59,181 nt of DNA from Mucilaginibacter sp. Lineage in GTDB: Bacteria > Bacteroidota > Bacteroidia > Sphingobacteriales > Sphingobacteriaceae. Position 1 is the first letter of the stretch; the number at the start of each line of letters is the position of its first letter. Under the pieces are notes generated by a model. That model was not told the origin of the DNA. It saw nothing but the letters and a program-made list of their open reading frames with translations, and ran no database searches. The position numbers and the translations under genes are program-made. The DNA lies in the NCBI GenBank assembly GCA_039935595.1, contig JBDTJZ010000216.1. One strand, 5' to 3'. Shown here piece after piece: positions 56,906 to 59,181 of this stretch.

Positions 56906-57778
56906 CTAAATATCCGAAATTAACGCGTCAATTCCCCAGCGTTCTTCAATACCTAAACCAAATAGGGCAAAATCATATTTAACCGGGTCGGCAGGGTCAA
57001 GTTCCCGAAGTTTTTCGGTTAGTTCAACAGCGGTTTGCCAGTCGGTTTGTTTGCGGGTGATGAGTTTAAGTTGGCGGGCCACACGGTCAACATGTAAGTC
57101 GCAGGGGCATATCAGGTCGGCGGGTTTTATTTGGTTCCAAATACCGAAATCAACACCGCAATCATCCTTGCGTACCATCCAGCGTAAAAACATATTCAAG
57201 CGCTTACAGGTTGATTTTTGCGAGGGCGAGGATACATGCTTTTGGGTACGATGAGGAAAGTCTGGCAGAGAAAAAAAGTAACCTCTAAAATGATTAAGAT
57301 AAGTTTCTATCGAAGATATATTTTCTACCTGTAGCTTCATAGATTTCTCGCTATCGCTCGAAATGACAAGAGGGGATTTAGAGGGAATAAAAGCATCTTC
57401 TAATGAATCATGATTTGTGTAATGATGCCTAAAAAACGCTATAAAGTACAGTGTATCAATATCATTGAAAGTGCGGTGTTTAAAGTGCAATAGCTTTTTC
57501 AGGTCGATATCCTGGTGGTTCATGATGAAATCATACGGCGCGCCATCCATCAGGGCGATTAGCTCCCGGCATTTGTTGATGATAGTAACCCGCTGCCCCC
57601 AGGCCAGCGTTGCCGCCCAAAAACCCATAATCTCGATATCCTGCTTTTTGGTGAACAGATGCGGGATGCAAACCGGGTCGTTTTTTATAAACTCGGGGCG
57701 GTTGTATTGGGTTACTTTGGTGTCGAGGAAACCCTTTAGCCCCCCAGCCCCCTGAAGGGGGAGTTTTTGATTTGCCAT
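56906..57778 (-). CDS. TIGR02757/DUF2400-like protein with repeat-derived inserts
   Basis: NDPVCIPH, FKHRTFN, CKRLNMFLRWMVR, DLHVDRVAR and DPVKYDFALFG motifs. Confidence 0.9.
   Translation of the reverse strand: MANQKLPLQGAGGLKGFLDTKVTQYNRPEFIKNDPVCIPHLFTKKQDIEIMGFWAATLAWGQRVTIINKCRELIALMDGAPYDFIMNHQDIDLKKLLHFKHRTFNDIDTLYFIAFFRHHYTNHDSLEDAFIPSKSPLVISSDSEKSMKLQVENISSIETYLNHFRGYFFSLPDFPHRTQKHVSSPSQKSTCKRLNMFLRWMVRKDDCGVDFGIWNQIKPADLICPCDLHVDRVARQLKLITRKQTDWQTAVELTEKLRELDPADPVKYDFALFGLGIEERWGIDALISDI
57339..57368 (-). repeat. Family A half element inside a coding sequence
   Basis: Minus strand tgtcatttcgagcgatagcgagaaatctat, read in frame as VISSDSEKS. Confidence 0.85.
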
Positions 57779-57812
57779 AATGCTATATTCCCCCTTTAGG
57801 GGGTCGGGGGGC
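57739..57812. repeat. Family E inverted doublet overlapping a gene junction
   Basis: gccccccagccccctgaagggggagt ... ttccccctttagggggtcggggggc. Confidence 0.88.
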
Positions 57813-58947
57813 TTAGTGCCTGCTTCAAATCATCCAGCAAATCATCAATATCCTCCACTCCTACACTTAGACGTAGTAGGTTATCCACCACACCCACTTT
57901 TTCACGTTCCGTTTTAGGTATTGAGGCATGCGTCATGGTAACCGGGTGATTTATTAATGATTCTACCCCGCCTAATGATTCGGCCAGGGTAAATACTTTA
58001 AAGGATGAGGCTACTTTAAATGTTTCCTGCAAATCAGCTCCTTTTAGGGTGATGGAGATCATCCCGCCAAAATCGCGCATTTGTTTTTTGGCTATCTCGT
58101 GGTTAGGATGGTCGGTAAAGCCCGGCCAATATATTTTATCAACCCGCGGATGGGTTTTTAAAAATTCGGCTATTTTACGGCCATTTTCGCAATGGGCCTT
58201 CATGCGCAGGTGCAGGGTTTTTATGCCGCGTAGCACCAAAAAGCTGTCCATTGGGCCAGGTGTTGCGCCACAGGAGTTATAAATAAACCATAAGCGTTTA
58301 TACAAGGCTTCATCATTCAACATTAAAGCACCCATTACCACATCCGAGTGTCCGCCGATATATTTGGTTACAGAGTGCATTACCACATCGGCACCCAGGT
58401 CCATAGGATTTTGCAGGTATGGCGAGGCAAAGGTATTATCCACCACCAGCAGCAGATTTTTTTCTTTGCTGATCCTGGCAACGCCTGCAATATCCACAAT
58501 TTGCATGGTAGGATTGGTTGGCGTCTCAATCCAAATCAACTTGGTTTTATCATTGATATAACCGCGGATATTTTCGGGGTTTGACAGATCAATAAAATGA
58601 AACTTGATGCCGTAATTGGCAAATATTTTGGTAAACATGCGGTACGAACCGCCGTACAGATCGTTACCGGTAATTACCTCATCACCGGGTAATAATAACT
58701 TCATCACGGCGTCGGTTGCACCCATGCCGCTTGAAAAAGCAAGACCGTATTTAGCATTCTCCAAAGCAGCCAAACAATTCTCCAGCGCAACACGTGTTGG
58801 GTTTGTACCACGCGAGTACTCATAACCCTTATGGTCGCCCGGCGAAGCCTGTGCATAGGTTGATGTTTGATATATAGGCGTCATCACCGCCCCTGTTGTT
58901 GGATCGGGCTCCTGCCCTGCGTGTATAGCTTTTGTTGCGAATTTCAT
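57796..58947 (-). CDS. Cystathionine gamma-synthase/lyase (PLP trans-sulfuration family)
   Basis: MKFATKAIHAG, YSRGTNPT, ETPTNP, HSVTKYIGGHSD and AESLGGVESL motifs; alternative in-frame ATG at 59007. Confidence 0.94.
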   Translation of the reverse strand: MKFATKAIHAGQEPDPTTGAVMTPIYQTSTYAQASPGDHKGYEYSRGTNPTRVALENCLAALENAKYGLAFSSGMGATDAVMKLLLPGDEVITGNDLYGGSYRMFTKIFANYGIKFHFIDLSNPENIRGYINDKTKLIWIETPTNPTMQIVDIAGVARISKEKNLLLVVDNTFASPYLQNPMDLGADVVMHSVTKYIGGHSDVVMGALMLNDEALYKRLWFIYNSCGATPGPMDSFLVLRGIKTLHLRMKAHCENGRKIAEFLKTHPRVDKIYWPGFTDHPNHEIAKKQMRDFGGMISITLKGADLQETFKVASSFKVFTLAESLGGVESLINHPVTMTHASIPKTEREKVGVVDNLLRLSVGVEDIDDLLDDLKQALSPPTP

Positions 58948-59034
58948 GCCCCCTCCGCCCCCTAAAGGGGGTACTAAATGGTGAATAATTATTTTAAATG
59001 CCTCCATTACTCCCCCTTTAGGGGGCCGGGGGGC
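58948..59034. repeat. Family E inverted doublet between proS and the next gene
   Basis: gccccctccgccccctaaagggggtact ... tactccccctttagggggccggggggc. Confidence 0.88.
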
Positions 59035-59181
59035 TTAATATGCTCTTGCAAACAAGACTCTTTGTGTACTTGGCTTGCCGGTCAAAATACACTTACCCTC
59101 TTCTTGTTTATTATTTAAAGGAATACAACGTATAGTAGCCTTAGTTTCGTCTTTTATTTGTTGTTCGGTTTCGGGTGTGCC
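59035..59181 (-). CDS. proS: Proline--tRNA ligase C-terminus (partial, too short for the ORF track)
   Basis: Minus-strand translation [48 protein letters not shown], the archaeal/eukaryote-type ProRS end. Confidence 0.9.
   Translation of the reverse strand, partial: GTPETEQQIKDETKATIRCIPLNNKQEEGKCILTGKPSTQRVLFARAY

Overview
Chromosomal region of a Bacteroidota genome, most consistent with Sphingobacteriaceae (Mucilaginibacter-like); this is inferred from gene content and TAnnTTTG promoters. It is mostly housekeeping: htpG end, dinB, proBA, mnmA, topA, gatB, alaS, comEC, folB, rnpB, lepA, folD, queE, recQ, cystathionine gamma-synthase and proS end. An AT-rich Hachiman-type hamAB defence cassette sits at 34.1-37.7 kb. 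The non-coding DNA is unusually rich in palindromic repeats. Main observations: (1) three YGTCAT-tagged REP-like families share one covarying fold, and two are physically tied to small stand-alone GIY-YIG nuclease genes; one gene lies in the loop position of the element, suggesting a GIY-YIG-driven REP/MITE system. (2) A ~280-nt non-coding element occurs twice with compensatory changes in several helices. (3) CTAA-N5-TTAG SOS-type operators precede two Y-family polymerases and a 2H phosphoesterase that ends in a beta-clamp-binding-like motif. (4) Repeat-derived peptides are in frame in a TIGR02757-like gene, and alaS carries a large in-frame AT-rich insertion. All calls were made by eye, without database searches.
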